Shown: in pieces, positions 1 to 9,900 of the stretch | Layout of the letters: every line of letters starts with the position of its first letter | Position numbering within the stretch: the stretch's first letter is position 1 | From: a virus | Lineage: Duplodnaviria > Caudoviricetes | Direction: 5' to 3' (one strand) | IMG/VR virus record: IMGVR_UViG_3300015370_000516 | Span: 1-64,000 of that record | Length of the DNA: 64,000 bases | The notes under the pieces: model-generated | The model's input: only the letters and a program-made list of their open reading frames with translations | Told to the model about the DNA's origin: nothing | Databases searched by the model: none | Position numbers and translations under genes: made by a program

Positions 1-49
1 CAGACCCTGGGCAAAAAGTTATGCTTGGTATGTTAAAGGTATAATTCCG
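1..49 (+). ncRNA. 3' tail of a tnpB-derived omega-RNA-like element (copy 1, cut by the window edge)
   Basis: CAGACCCTGGGCAAAAAGTTA...TGTTAAAGGTATAATTCCG matches the tails at 38991-39054 and 60576-60626, which follow TnpB C-terminal codons. Confidence 0.65.
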
Positions 50-80
50 TATTATACATACTCAAGATGGCAAAACCTAC

Positions 81-284
81 TTGGTAGGTGGTTGCCGTGA
101 TTTAGAAGACAAAGTAGTTGAGGCATACAGTATTCTTTTCCGTATAGCTTCCGGTTACGAGCAAAGTTCGGTAGTTCTGTTCTATGCTAAGAACTTGTAC
201 GAATTTGATCCTGTCCTTTATGAAGAGTCTGACGCTCCATGGGGAGTGGTACAACTGTCGTTGAATTCCGGAGTCAAGATGTAA
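81..284 (+). CDS. small hypothetical protein (frame is open back to 45; start uncertain)
   Basis: ORF track; followed by a terminator; no ATG/GTG start near the AAAGGT at 35-40. Confidence 0.35.
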   Translation: MVGGCRDLEDKVVEAYSILFRIASGYEQSSVVLFYAKNLYEFDPVLYEESDAPWGVVQLSLNSGVKM

Positions 285-322
285 AAGTAGTTATGTAGTT
301 AATAATACAAGTATTTCTTAAT

Positions 323-351
323 ATCCCTGCCAGCGGTGGCGGGGATTTTTT
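323..351 (+). terminator. rho-independent terminator
   Basis: ATCCCTGCCA-GCGG-TGGCGGGGAT hairpin followed by a T tract. Confidence 0.75.
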
Positions 352-374
352 GTTATAAATTTAAACCTAATTCT

Positions 375-398
375 TTTTGCATCAAGTTTTACTATAAC
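375..398 (+). promoter_or_regulatory. candidate late promoter TTTTGCA-N6-TTTACTATAAC
   Basis: Same motif and spacing at 60437-60460; both lie upstream of head-assembly operons. Confidence 0.5.
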
Positions 399-435
399 AT
401 AGACAGCGAACAAATAAATTGTCACAGAGACTTCA

Positions 436-2445
436 ATGGACATCTTCGACGCAGTTGCTAATAAAATTCTAACTGGGGCACGGCAAAGCCAGGCCGCCAT
501 TGCCTTAGCCAAGGAACTACGTAAGTCCTTGACCGACTTCGGAGGAGCTGAAAATACTGCCGAGAATCGCCACAAGGTGGCTCGTAGTGGGGTTGATATT
601 ATCCGGCGTTTTGCTACCAATATACTTCCGGTTGTGGGTGAACCTCCCTCTGAAGTCCAGGATGTTATTATTGATAACAAAGAGAAAAAGGAAGACGAAG
701 GAGATTCCACAAGTCAATCTGATGCAACTGATGCCGACGTTGACAAACGAGAAACAGAAAGAGAAGAGGATGATTCAGTCGAACAAGTAGCTCGCCGGGC
801 CAGTGATGAAGCTACACAGAAAATTCTATACCTCACTGAACTCATTGGACAGGGTTACTCTTTTGAGGAAGCCCAGGACATGGTGAATCAGAAATTTGAA
901 GTAATTAGCAAACTAATAGAAGTAGGTTTATCTCGCAAGGACGCTTCTAACTGGGCTGACCTGAGATTTTCTCTTGTTAATAAACTTATAAAAGAAAAAG
1001 TTCCTGCTAAAGAAGCTCTTATCAGAGCCGAGCAGGAATTTTCACTTGCGCGGGCAAAAAGGCTCGCCACTAACAAGGAGGCAGTTGTGGAATTCAAACC
1101 AGGACAGAAAGTTATCGTGGATACCAGACCGGTGGCTGGCAAGAGGATTGGTAACGTTACTTTTACTTCTTGTCGACTTCAGGGACGGATCAAGTCGTTC
1201 GATGTCAAAACTAAGGCAGCGGTGGTCAGTACCCTGCTTGGCGATATGGAATTTCCGGCGGTGGTCAGGAGCGGTGACAAGGATATAGCTCTGGTCCGCT
1301 TAGCGCCGATTAAGCCCTTGAGGTCTCTCAGGATTCTTGGTGAGGATGACAAGAAAAACGAGGATACTTCTGGTGGTACTGAGGACAAGTCTGACGAGAA
1401 GTCTAAAGACACGGCTGAAGAAGCTGCGGGTAAGGACAAGAATAAGTCTGAAGCTCGTAGCTATAAACCTGCTTTGCAGATTAGACGCAGACCTATCGCC
1501 CAGGACAAACCAGAAGTTTCTCAGAATGGAGATGACCTTTTGGGAGGCACTAACAAGGACAAAATGCCTGATGCTTCCCAGGAAGGCGCACTCGGCGGTG
1601 GAAACAAAGAGCCGAACCCCGACATTTCTCAGGAAGGGGATACTTCTAAGTCTCCTGGGGCTGAGCCTTCCCACGAGGATAAGCCAGCGGATCAACAGGT
1701 CTCGGTTGGTAACGAGGACACTTTGAGAAACCCTGTAATAGGAAAGACTCGCGCCGACCGTATCCGAGCCTTACGCAACATCGTAGCTCGTCGTAATCCT
1801 AAACGAGCTGGTGGGGAAATTGTAGTTTCCTATGGGGATGATCAGATTAGCGTCATGTTTGAGAAGGACTATGGTGGTCCAGGAAAGGATTACCGTGTCT
1901 ATGATCGGAAATACAATGAATATACATATTTCCCCTCGGAGGCTGAAGCCGTGGCTTTTGCATCTGCTTTGGCACAGGAGGATGGTTTAACCAAGGATGC
2001 TCGTCGTAAAGTAGAATTAAGAGTTGCGGCTCGCGCTAATGCACAGTTGTCACGGGATGCCAGACTACAGAGGCTCCTGACTAAGACTGCCAGCGTTATC
2101 ACCGAGAATGCCGCGCTTAAGAATAAAACCAGACAGCTTGAAGCAGAGAAATTAGCCGATCTAAGCATTAAAAAGGGCCTTCTCGATCCTAAGAAACGAC
2201 AGGACGAGATCCGGTACTTATCCGCGGCTAACGAATCTGATTGGAAAGCTGCCAAACGTCTCATCGAAAGCGCACCCGATTACAAACAGCCCGCTGACCA
2301 GACTTTACAGTCTCGCCGCGTCTTGCAAGCTCGTCGACAGCTTGGCGAGGGGCATGGATTACTTCCCAAGTTGCCTTCTATTGCTCCTAATAGGGCGGGA
2401 GGTTTCTTGGACAGTGGTACGATGTTCGATGAAAAACACAATTAA
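436..2445 (+). CDS. putative capsid scaffolding/assembly protein
   Basis: Directly upstream of decoration and major capsid genes; long charged low-complexity linker, SH3/KOW-like segment (FKPGQKVIVD), C-terminal coiled coil. Confidence 0.45.
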   Translation: MDIFDAVANKILTGARQSQAAIALAKELRKSLTDFGGAENTAENRHKVARSGVDIIRRFATNILPVVGEPPSEVQDVIIDNKEKKEDEGDSTSQSDATDADVDKRETEREEDDSVEQVARRASDEATQKILYLTELIGQGYSFEEAQDMVNQKFEVISKLIEVGLSRKDASNWADLRFSLVNKLIKEKVPAKEALIRAEQEFSLARAKRLATNKEAVVEFKPGQKVIVDTRPVAGKRIGNVTFTSCRLQGRIKSFDVKTKAAVVSTLLGDMEFPAVVRSGDKDIALVRLAPIKPLRSLRILGEDDKKNEDTSGGTEDKSDEKSKDTAEEAAGKDKNKSEARSYKPALQIRRRPIAQDKPEVSQNGDDLLGGTNKDKMPDASQEGALGGGNKEPNPDISQEGDTSKSPGAEPSHEDKPADQQVSVGNEDTLRNPVIGKTRADRIRALRNIVARRNPKRAGGEIVVSYGDDQISVMFEKDYGGPGKDYRVYDRKYNEYTYFPSEAEAVAFASALAQEDGLTKDARRKVELRVAARANAQLSRDARLQRLLTKTASVITENAALKNKTRQLEAEKLADLSIKKGLLDPKKRQDEIRYLSAANESDWKAAKRLIESAPDYKQPADQTLQSRRVLQARRQLGEGHGLLPKLPSIAPNRAGGFLDSGTMFDEKHN

Positions 2446-2465
2446 ACCACGAAAGGAAAACCACC

Positions 2466-3002
2466 ATGTTAGGTAGATTACGAATGATGGGTGGTTTCAA
2501 AAGTGGCGAATATGTGGCTTCTTCCGGAGCAGGCAATTACGTCGGTGGTACTCCGGCACAACTGCTCACCGGAGGAACTGTAGATGCTCTAAGTGGTGCT
2601 ACACCTGACGATTTCTTCGATGTTTCTGGTCCCGGAACTGCTTTGACCATGTCGGTCACGGGACAGTCCCATTACATCGGAGTATTTATCAATTGTAAGG
2701 CAGTAGACCAGCTTCCTGGCTACGACGCTGTTTGGTCGGGGTCGGGTTCTGGGAAGACATTCTCGTCATACTACCGTGTGAGCGTCATTACAGGTCCTGC
2801 GCAATTACGACTCCAGAGTGGTACTAAGAACGGGGTCGCCGATGGTTATCCGTACATCACAACGGATAGCTGGGTTCCCGGCGATCAACTCTATGTATCA
2901 TCTGCTGGAACTTGGACTAACATACCTCCTACTACCGGTGCTACCTCGCGTGGCCTGGTATTAGCGGTAGGTACAACTCATTTAGACGTGTCACTTAAAT
3001 AA
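2466..3002 (+). CDS. putative head decoration/cement protein
   Basis: Small Gly/Thr-rich beta-type protein immediately before the major capsid gene. Confidence 0.45.
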   Translation: MLGRLRMMGGFKSGEYVASSGAGNYVGGTPAQLLTGGTVDALSGATPDDFFDVSGPGTALTMSVTGQSHYIGVFINCKAVDQLPGYDAVWSGSGSGKTFSSYYRVSVITGPAQLRLQSGTKNGVADGYPYITTDSWVPGDQLYVSSAGTWTNIPPTTGATSRGLVLAVGTTHLDVSLK

Positions 3003-3015
3003 CGAGGAGATAGCC

Positions 3016-3969
3016 ATGCTTATCAATAGACCTGGCGCGACTCCTCCGACACGTCGGATGGTTCGTGCCGATCTTCAAGTTCAGACTCGCCCCCCGGTGA
3101 GTCGTGAGGCGCAGTTGCAGAAGCTCGCCGCTAAGGAACAGGAATTACGTGCGGCTATTCAAACCCAATCCGGTTTGCGTAAGATCGCTGCCAATTTGTC
3201 CAGTCCCGTTCGTCAACGGTTGGACTATATGGGCATCGGGCGCAAGTTCGGCATTGTGGAGCCTTGGCCGGACGGAATGCCTATGATCTATGACAACGAC
3301 GTGGAAGAATTCACCGCTGTCAAGATCGGACCCAATGGAACAACTCGATCCATCGAAATCGAAGTTGAACAAACGGAAATTCAACCCTTTGAGATCGTTG
3401 CCCGTCCCAAAATTCCCTACAAGGAACTGTACAGTCGACTGTACCAGGTCATGCGTCGTACCAAGGAACGTCTGGAGCAGTCCATTATGCTGTGCGAAGA
3501 CCTTTACATCTTCGCCTTGATGGATACTGCTGCTGGCGTATACTACACGACTCAGACCGTAGCAACTGCGTTGACTAAAGCAGCTCTGGCACTGACGTTC
3601 GCGCCGGTAGAAGCTAATCGTTTGGTAGTGCAGAACATTCTGATGTCTGCCTACGGTGTGGCTGGTATCCGGCGTTGGCAGTATCTTGATCTTGATGAAG
3701 TAGCTCTGATGGAAGTCCGTCAGACTGGTTATCTCGGATCGCTCTGGGGAGCCAAGATCTTCATCTCCGATCAGATTGCTACCGGAACGTTCTATGTCAC
3801 CGCCGGCCCCGAATGGCTCTTGTGGATCCCCATCCGCAAGGACTTCGAGGCAGTTCCTGCTGATGATCCCGATAACTTGTTATTGGGCTTCGTCGGCTAC
3901 GAATTGTTGGGCATGTCAATCATCAACGCTCGCGGAGTGGCCAAAGGTACGTTCGCTGTTGGCGCGTAA
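3016..3969 (+). CDS. major capsid protein (HK97-like fold)
   Basis: IAANLSSPVRQRLDYMGIGRK...PDGMPMIYDND and GYLGSLWGAKIFISD motifs typical of phage MCPs; strong RBS (GAGGAG); hairpin follows. Confidence 0.8.
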   Translation: MLINRPGATPPTRRMVRADLQVQTRPPVSREAQLQKLAAKEQELRAAIQTQSGLRKIAANLSSPVRQRLDYMGIGRKFGIVEPWPDGMPMIYDNDVEEFTAVKIGPNGTTRSIEIEVEQTEIQPFEIVARPKIPYKELYSRLYQVMRRTKERLEQSIMLCEDLYIFALMDTAAGVYYTTQTVATALTKAALALTFAPVEANRLVVQNILMSAYGVAGIRRWQYLDLDEVALMEVRQTGYLGSLWGAKIFISDQIATGTFYVTAGPEWLLWIPIRKDFEAVPADDPDNLLLGFVGYELLGMSIINARGVAKGTFAVGA

Positions 3970-3976
3970 AACGATG

Positions 3977-4002
3977 GCTGGCCCGGCTAACGCTGGGCCA
4001 GC
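3977..4002 (+). terminator. GC-rich hairpin after the MCP gene (terminator or mRNA stabiliser)
   Basis: GCTGGCCCGGC-TAAC-GCTGGGCCAGC; U-tract is weak. Confidence 0.55.
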
Positions 4003-4070
4003 TTCCAAACACAAACAACTAAGGAGATGGCAATCGCAGTGTTACTAAAAAATCATAGGAGCTAAGAACC

Positions 4071-4814
4071 ATGGCAGAAGAACAAGTAATTGATAATGGT
4101 ATAGTAGAACAAACTACAGTACCAGAACCCCAATCCGAACAAACTGGGGTTGTTTCAAGACCTATTTTTGTAGTCCATGCCAGAGTACAGTATGTGGGCG
4201 ACGACTTATCGGCGTTCAAGGGACAGACTGGAAAAGTAGCTGGGTACACCAGCGATAACAAGGTAGCTGTACTATTTGACGGCGCAGGTTCGCCTATAAA
4301 GTTACAGGAAGTGGACTTGATAGAAGCCCGTGATCCTGATGAGGCTAAGCCAGATGCGCTGATGACCTCCAAGCAGCCGAGATTCAGGTTTATCGCCAAC
4401 ACCTCTGGTGGAATTCTACATCTGAATGATCTGCGCAATGAAACTGAGGATGAAGGCATTGCGCTGGATCCCGGCGAGGTAATTGACTTGCTGCAGTCTT
4501 TCACGGTTGAGCAAATTAACAGAGCGCAGTCCTTACCCAAGTTAGCCCAGAGATTAAGTGAAAATAACGGGCTTTCTTATATTACGGTGCTTAGCAGCAT
4601 GGAAGATGAACTACCGGAGGGTACAATTGTAATCCCTCTGGGAATGCAACATAAAGCTGGAACTATGGTTGAGGCAAAGTCTAACCTCTTTGATGATAAG
4701 CTGGATGAGCACCTTGCCAAAGAGGAAGAACGTAACAATCGTATTGCTGCTATGGCCAGAACAAAACGTCATACGTCTCAACATGGGCAAGCATCCAGCA
4801 GGATGGGGAGATAG
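4071..4814 (+). CDS. hypothetical virion-module protein with SH3-like segment
   Basis: ORF with AGGAG RBS; RVQYVG...GQTGKVAGY...VAVLFDG resembles an SH3/KOW barrel. Confidence 0.55.
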   Translation: MAEEQVIDNGIVEQTTVPEPQSEQTGVVSRPIFVVHARVQYVGDDLSAFKGQTGKVAGYTSDNKVAVLFDGAGSPIKLQEVDLIEARDPDEAKPDALMTSKQPRFRFIANTSGGILHLNDLRNETEDEGIALDPGEVIDLLQSFTVEQINRAQSLPKLAQRLSENNGLSYITVLSSMEDELPEGTIVIPLGMQHKAGTMVEAKSNLFDDKLDEHLAKEEERNNRIAAMARTKRHTSQHGQASSRMGR

Positions 4815-4816
4815 AT

Positions 4817-5356
4817 GTGAAAACCATTTACTTCTTAGATCAGGGCAAAGTTGACTCAGGTGCAATTGGTCAGCTTTTCGTGCAAGATTCTGGATTCACT
4901 ATGCTGCCTGGCAAAGAATACGAATTCAGCGATGAATTTATCGCCAAGTCTACCGAGTTGCAGTCAGCTTTACGATTCGGATGGATAAAGAGCAAAAAGA
5001 TTGAACAACCAGAAGAAGCTGCCCCCAGCCAGTTTGTGGAGCCTGAGATGGTAGTGAAACCTGATCCGGTTGTAGAAACTGTCCAATTTGAACCTTCTGT
5101 AGAATCCGAAGTTACTCCTAACATAGCACCCGAACAGGCTGAGATAGATGCTGGTAGATTGGCTTTAGTTGCCAAGAAATTCGACCTGGCTGTTACTATA
5201 GGAAAGATCATACAAAACAAAGACGGGACTTTCACACTTCCACTTAAGGGGCGTAAGACAAATCCCCACTTTGACAGTCGTGACCATGCCATAGAACGTA
5301 TCGTGCAGAACGATAAACTGTTTGACGGTCTACAAAACTTGCTGCAAGAGGAGTAA
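4817..5356 (+). CDS. hypothetical protein
   Basis: Tightly packed ORF in the head operon. Confidence 0.55.
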   Translation: MKTIYFLDQGKVDSGAIGQLFVQDSGFTMLPGKEYEFSDEFIAKSTELQSALRFGWIKSKKIEQPEEAAPSQFVEPEMVVKPDPVVETVQFEPSVESEVTPNIAPEQAEIDAGRLALVAKKFDLAVTIGKIIQNKDGTFTLPLKGRKTNPHFDSRDHAIERIVQNDKLFDGLQNLLQEE

Positions 5357-6199
5357 GTGGCATATCGGAAGGTCGTTGATTCTGGAGCTCCGCTTCCAGT
5401 TGTTCAGGTACATGGTGATCACGTGGAACTGATCTGCACTTTTGCAACTGGGGGCACTGAAGTAAATGTAGCATCTCCAAGCATGCTCTTGCGGGTTGGA
5501 GATGCTTCTGGTGCAACGGTCTCTATTCCTTCTGATAGTCTGTTAGTTCCTTTTAGCAAGTACGGCACTGGTATTGGTATGTACCATGTCTGTTTTCTTG
5601 CAGGTGGTTGGTTGGATGATGGAGATTATCATCTAACCCTTTCAGGGTCCTGCAGCGGTTCCACAATTGCACAGACAGGTACGTTCTCGGCTCGGTCAGC
5701 CAGTGGGGTACAGGGCTATATTGACGCGCTCAGAGCAGCCTTGCGTGATTATGATGGTAGTCTTTACACCATTGAGGATCCCAGCAAGGAGTTATTCTCA
5801 GATGGTGATTTATACTCGGCGCTAAGTCGTGCGCTGGATAAGATAAATTATACCAAGCCAATAGCATACACCTGGACAATGGCTACTTGTCTGTGGCCTG
5901 GTATACTGATAGAAGGTGGGTTAATTTATGCTCTTCATGCACGGGGGATTTTAGAAGTTGCCAACACGTTTAGTTATTCTGACGAAATTTCCTTTGGCAT
6001 AGATCGTTCCCAGAAGTACGTAACCATGCTATCCCAATTTGCCAACAATTGGGAACTTAGTCTGTTGCGGGTTAAACAGGATTACGCCTTTTCAAAAGCA
6101 TTCCCAATTGGATTAGGAACATTGCGCCTTCCTTATCAGCAAATGCGAATCTTTAGTTTCATACCACATTTGTCTTCGTATTTCAACTGGGGTACTTGA
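5357..6199 (+). CDS. putative head-tail adaptor (neck) protein
   Basis: Position after the capsid genes; C-terminal FSDGDLYSAL..ALDKIN..P and FSYSDEISF motifs resemble myovirus neck proteins. Confidence 0.55.
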   Translation: MAYRKVVDSGAPLPVVQVHGDHVELICTFATGGTEVNVASPSMLLRVGDASGATVSIPSDSLLVPFSKYGTGIGMYHVCFLAGGWLDDGDYHLTLSGSCSGSTIAQTGTFSARSASGVQGYIDALRAALRDYDGSLYTIEDPSKELFSDGDLYSALSRALDKINYTKPIAYTWTMATCLWPGILIEGGLIYALHARGILEVANTFSYSDEISFGIDRSQKYVTMLSQFANNWELSLLRVKQDYAFSKAFPIGLGTLRLPYQQMRIFSFIPHLSSYFNWGT

Positions 6200-6969
6200 T
6201 GAACAGGTTGAATGTTGTATACGATGGTAGATACCCGATTATTAGTTGGAATCCCAGAATTCCATATCCTGATAGTTACAATCTAAGATGGTCACTTGGC
6301 CCAGATGGGCCTTGGGAAGTAATGAATGGAACTCCCATAGTTTTGACCCAATTTCAGGATAATGGGCATCCCCTGTTAGCAAATAGCAGAAATTTCTGGA
6401 GAGTGGATGCTCTCATTGGGGGTGTAGAAACTATACATGTACCAGCTACTCAATGGATACCCAATGCCAGATCTAATTTAGTGAGTAATGCACTACTGGA
6501 AATTCGCCGACGTCACGCTTTAGTTCTGAACAAGTTTGCTGGTGAACCATGTACTATCTTTATACGCCGAGCCGCTGGTAGCTATTGTCGTAATGGTGAC
6601 CTCACCGGAGATGGATACCGGCATACAAATACAAGTAATTTATGCCCGTACTGTTTAAACACAAATATTGAAGGTGGTTACGTTAAAATGACTGATCGTT
6701 TGGTGCGGATACGTAACCCACAGAAAGAAGTAGAACTAAAACAGGACGGAATTGTTTTTACAGAAGGTCGCACAGCTTGGTTGGGGGCATACCCTTTATT
6801 GAGTACTGGTGATTTCTTTATAAGAGCTTCTGGTCAGCGGTTTGCGGTTGGCAACGTGCGCCCCAGAGAACTACAAGGATTTGTTACCTTACAAATGTGT
6901 AGTATCAAAGAAGTTGAGCCACAGAATCCAATTTATGACATTGACGCCGATCTAATTTTCGGACTATAA
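6196..6969 (+). CDS. putative head closure/neck protein
   Basis: Follows the adaptor; C..CPYC.NT..EGGY motif and a YP...GDF.IR beta-barrel segment. Confidence 0.5.
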   Translation: MMNRLNVVYDGRYPIISWNPRIPYPDSYNLRWSLGPDGPWEVMNGTPIVLTQFQDNGHPLLANSRNFWRVDALIGGVETIHVPATQWIPNARSNLVSNALLEIRRRHALVLNKFAGEPCTIFIRRAAGSYCRNGDLTGDGYRHTNTSNLCPYCLNTNIEGGYVKMTDRLVRIRNPQKEVELKQDGIVFTEGRTAWLGAYPLLSTGDFFIRASGQRFAVGNVRPRELQGFVTLQMCSIKEVEPQNPIYDIDADLIFGL

Positions 6970-6987
6970 AATATAGGGCACAATCCC

Positions 6988-9900
6988 ATGAAAAAGATCT
7001 CAGCCGTTGTTTCTCATAAAGGTGGTGCATTGGAAGTTGGTCGCACTGCAGGTAAGCGTACTCTGGCTTCGCTGGGAACGTCACAGGACGATTTCTTGAG
7101 CTTGTCTAACAGAACCAGCCAAGAGTTCAAGATTGTGGTCTGTGGGGTCAAGGACTTCGACACCGCCGAGTTCAGCCGAGTCTACCGGAGCTTAGGTCTG
7201 CATCCGGAGATTTACAGCGACTATTCCGGCAATGGGGCATCTCTGGCCGAAATATCTGGATCGTTCTGGGGCAGTGCCAGTAACGCACAAGAAAAGGCGG
7301 CTCGGTTGGCTACCACGCTAAAGACATCGGTGCGGCTGGTGTCCGGCGGCAGAGAGGAGTTGGTCAAGCCAGAACAGTTTGAACTGTGCGGGGTATGTCA
7401 TAAGCCGTTGATTCAAGCTAAACTGGGGGATCAATTGGTTCATGCTTGTCCAGACTATCTGAACGGCGAGTTGGAGCATACGTCTAAACTGATTTCCAAG
7501 CGTTCTCTTGTCAAAGATGCTGCTGGTGAAATGTTTCAAACGGATATAGAACCTGGCGGTGAGTGGTACGAAACTGGACAGTCGCTGCTTGCTACTGCAC
7601 AAGAAATTGTTTATTCTCTGCAAGCTGCTGGGGTTTCAGCTACAGTTGGAGATGTTCAGACATACGATGTATACCTGGGGCCTTATGTGGATATGACCAT
7701 AGAGGGCATTGGGTTTAATTATCAGAAATTGTTTGGGGGGGATGATGGTGATATTTACTTAGAATTACTGCCTGGAAAAGTCTTGGAAGGGTGGGATGTC
7801 GAGGACATAGTTACACAGATTTTAGAAATTCTACAAACTAAGTCCGGTCGTACAAAAGGCGCACCTAACTCCTGGGTAGCTGACGAGGATATTTGGGACA
7901 AGGCCAAAGAAGCTGTTGGTCCGGATGATGGTTCCCATGAGGATTATTACGCAGTAGTTACTACTGTGTACAAGAATATGGGCGGAAAGGTCAAAAGCGA
8001 ATCTGCAAGACGTGCTCAGGATACCGGCTCTTATTGGCTCGTTCCAGTTGAGCATGATTACAAGATGGGAGTAGAATCTGAGGATTATATAGTCCAGGCA
8101 TCCGATGCTACAACGGCACAAGATCAGGTCGTAAGTTTGCTACAAAGTGATTATCCTGGTGGTAACTGGGACGGAGAACAGTATTTATTTGGGGAAGAAG
8201 ATGAGCCGCAATCCTGGCGTTTTCTTGATCCAGTCGGTCCTTTTGCATCTCAGGAAGAAGCAGAAACGAAAGTGCGATCAAACACTTATTCTTCTAACGT
8301 CATTTATGCACGTGCTGATAAAAATAAACGTGCCTTAGACCTGGGTGACCGAGTACGGCTTATAACTGATTATCACGGACGCATTCAAGATGGTAACGAT
8401 GCTTACACAGGAGGCGTTCCGGCGGGGACTGAGGGAGTAGTTTACACGTATGATAGGAACACCACCACCCCAGGTAATCCGGCGTATATAATGGAACTTG
8501 ATGATGGCAAGGAAATTCGCATTTCTGAAACCAACGTTTCCGCGATGCTGGAAAAGGTTGGGGCTAAATCTGGTTCTACACGTCCCAAACGAACAGTTTC
8601 AAAACGTGCGCAGGATGCTGGTTCTTATTGGCTCGTTCCTGTTGAGCATGATTACAAGATGGGAGTAGAATCTGAGGATTATATCGTAAAATCTACTTCT
8701 GCTGGTTTAGCAACGACTGCGGTTGAAGTATATTTGCAAGATAATTATCCTGGTGGTGATGTCTGGGAAAATGCGTATATGTTGGAAGATGACTCAGACC
8801 CAGAAAATATAGAATATTGGAGATTTATATATCCCCCACAAAGATTTGATACAGAAGAGGAAGCAACGGCGCATGTACGTCCTGGTACTTATTCTTCTAA
8901 CGTCATTTATGCACGTGCTGATAAAAATAAATGTGCTGATGCCAATAGACTTGATAGCGTAGTGCAGGAAGTGGTCTCTTTCATAAAGAGTACTCATCCT
9001 GATGCTACAGTAAATGTGTTACCTCCAGACCGTGCTTTTGGGGGAGATTTAGCCATTTACATTTCCGTAGCTCCTCCTGGATTTGTAATTCCTGCGGGTG
9101 ATCCCAATGCAACTCCGTACTTTGTGATTGTTTATGGCCGAGAGGATGCAGCTACTTACCAAATTTACACAAGTGACAACGATGGCATTGATGTATCTGA
9201 AGATACCACTGAAGGAATTCCAGCTTCCATTCAAAGTGCTATCCGGTCTTGGAACGTTAAAGCTGGAAGAAAAGCCAGTAGTGAATCCTTAGCTCCTCCA
9301 GCCGAACTTGACACGGCAGACAAGTCCACATCTCAGACTATAAATGGAATTACCTGGAGCTGGTCTGATACTTTGGGCAAATGGGTTACGATTCCAGGAA
9401 ATGATGATAGGGATGCAAGACATAAACGAGCTAATATAATTGGTACGTGGGGCAACGGAGAATTAACCGATTTGGATCGTGGTTATGTGGGAGAAAGTCT
9501 TCTGGGCTTCTACGTAGTTATAGAAGAAGAATTGGCGCACGAACTTGGTATTGTGGCTGGTACGGGGCTGGAAGATGAATGGATGCAACTTGGTACTAAA
9601 CTCAATGCTTGGTTTGCGACCCGCGCCGAGGCTATGGATGTGGCTAATGCTCTGGCGGGACAAGCTGGAATTAGCAGGATGGCATCAAAGCGGGGGCAAG
9701 GGACATCAGTTCTGGATACTGAATTAGATCGTGCCCTGGGCTTAATTGACTCCGCGGGTTTAGGTGATTGGATACATAATGCATGGACATCACTACCCGA
9801 TGATCCTAACTGGAATCCGGAGACCAGCACAACGGCTGGATACTTAACCATAGACTTTCTGGGGGATAGCGAAGAATACGTAAGACAAGCCACCGATTTG

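Noticed and set aside
8047-8931. Diversity-generating retroelement TR/VR pair
   Set aside because: Differences are not adenine-specific, they include an indel, both copies are coding, and no reverse transcriptase is seen.
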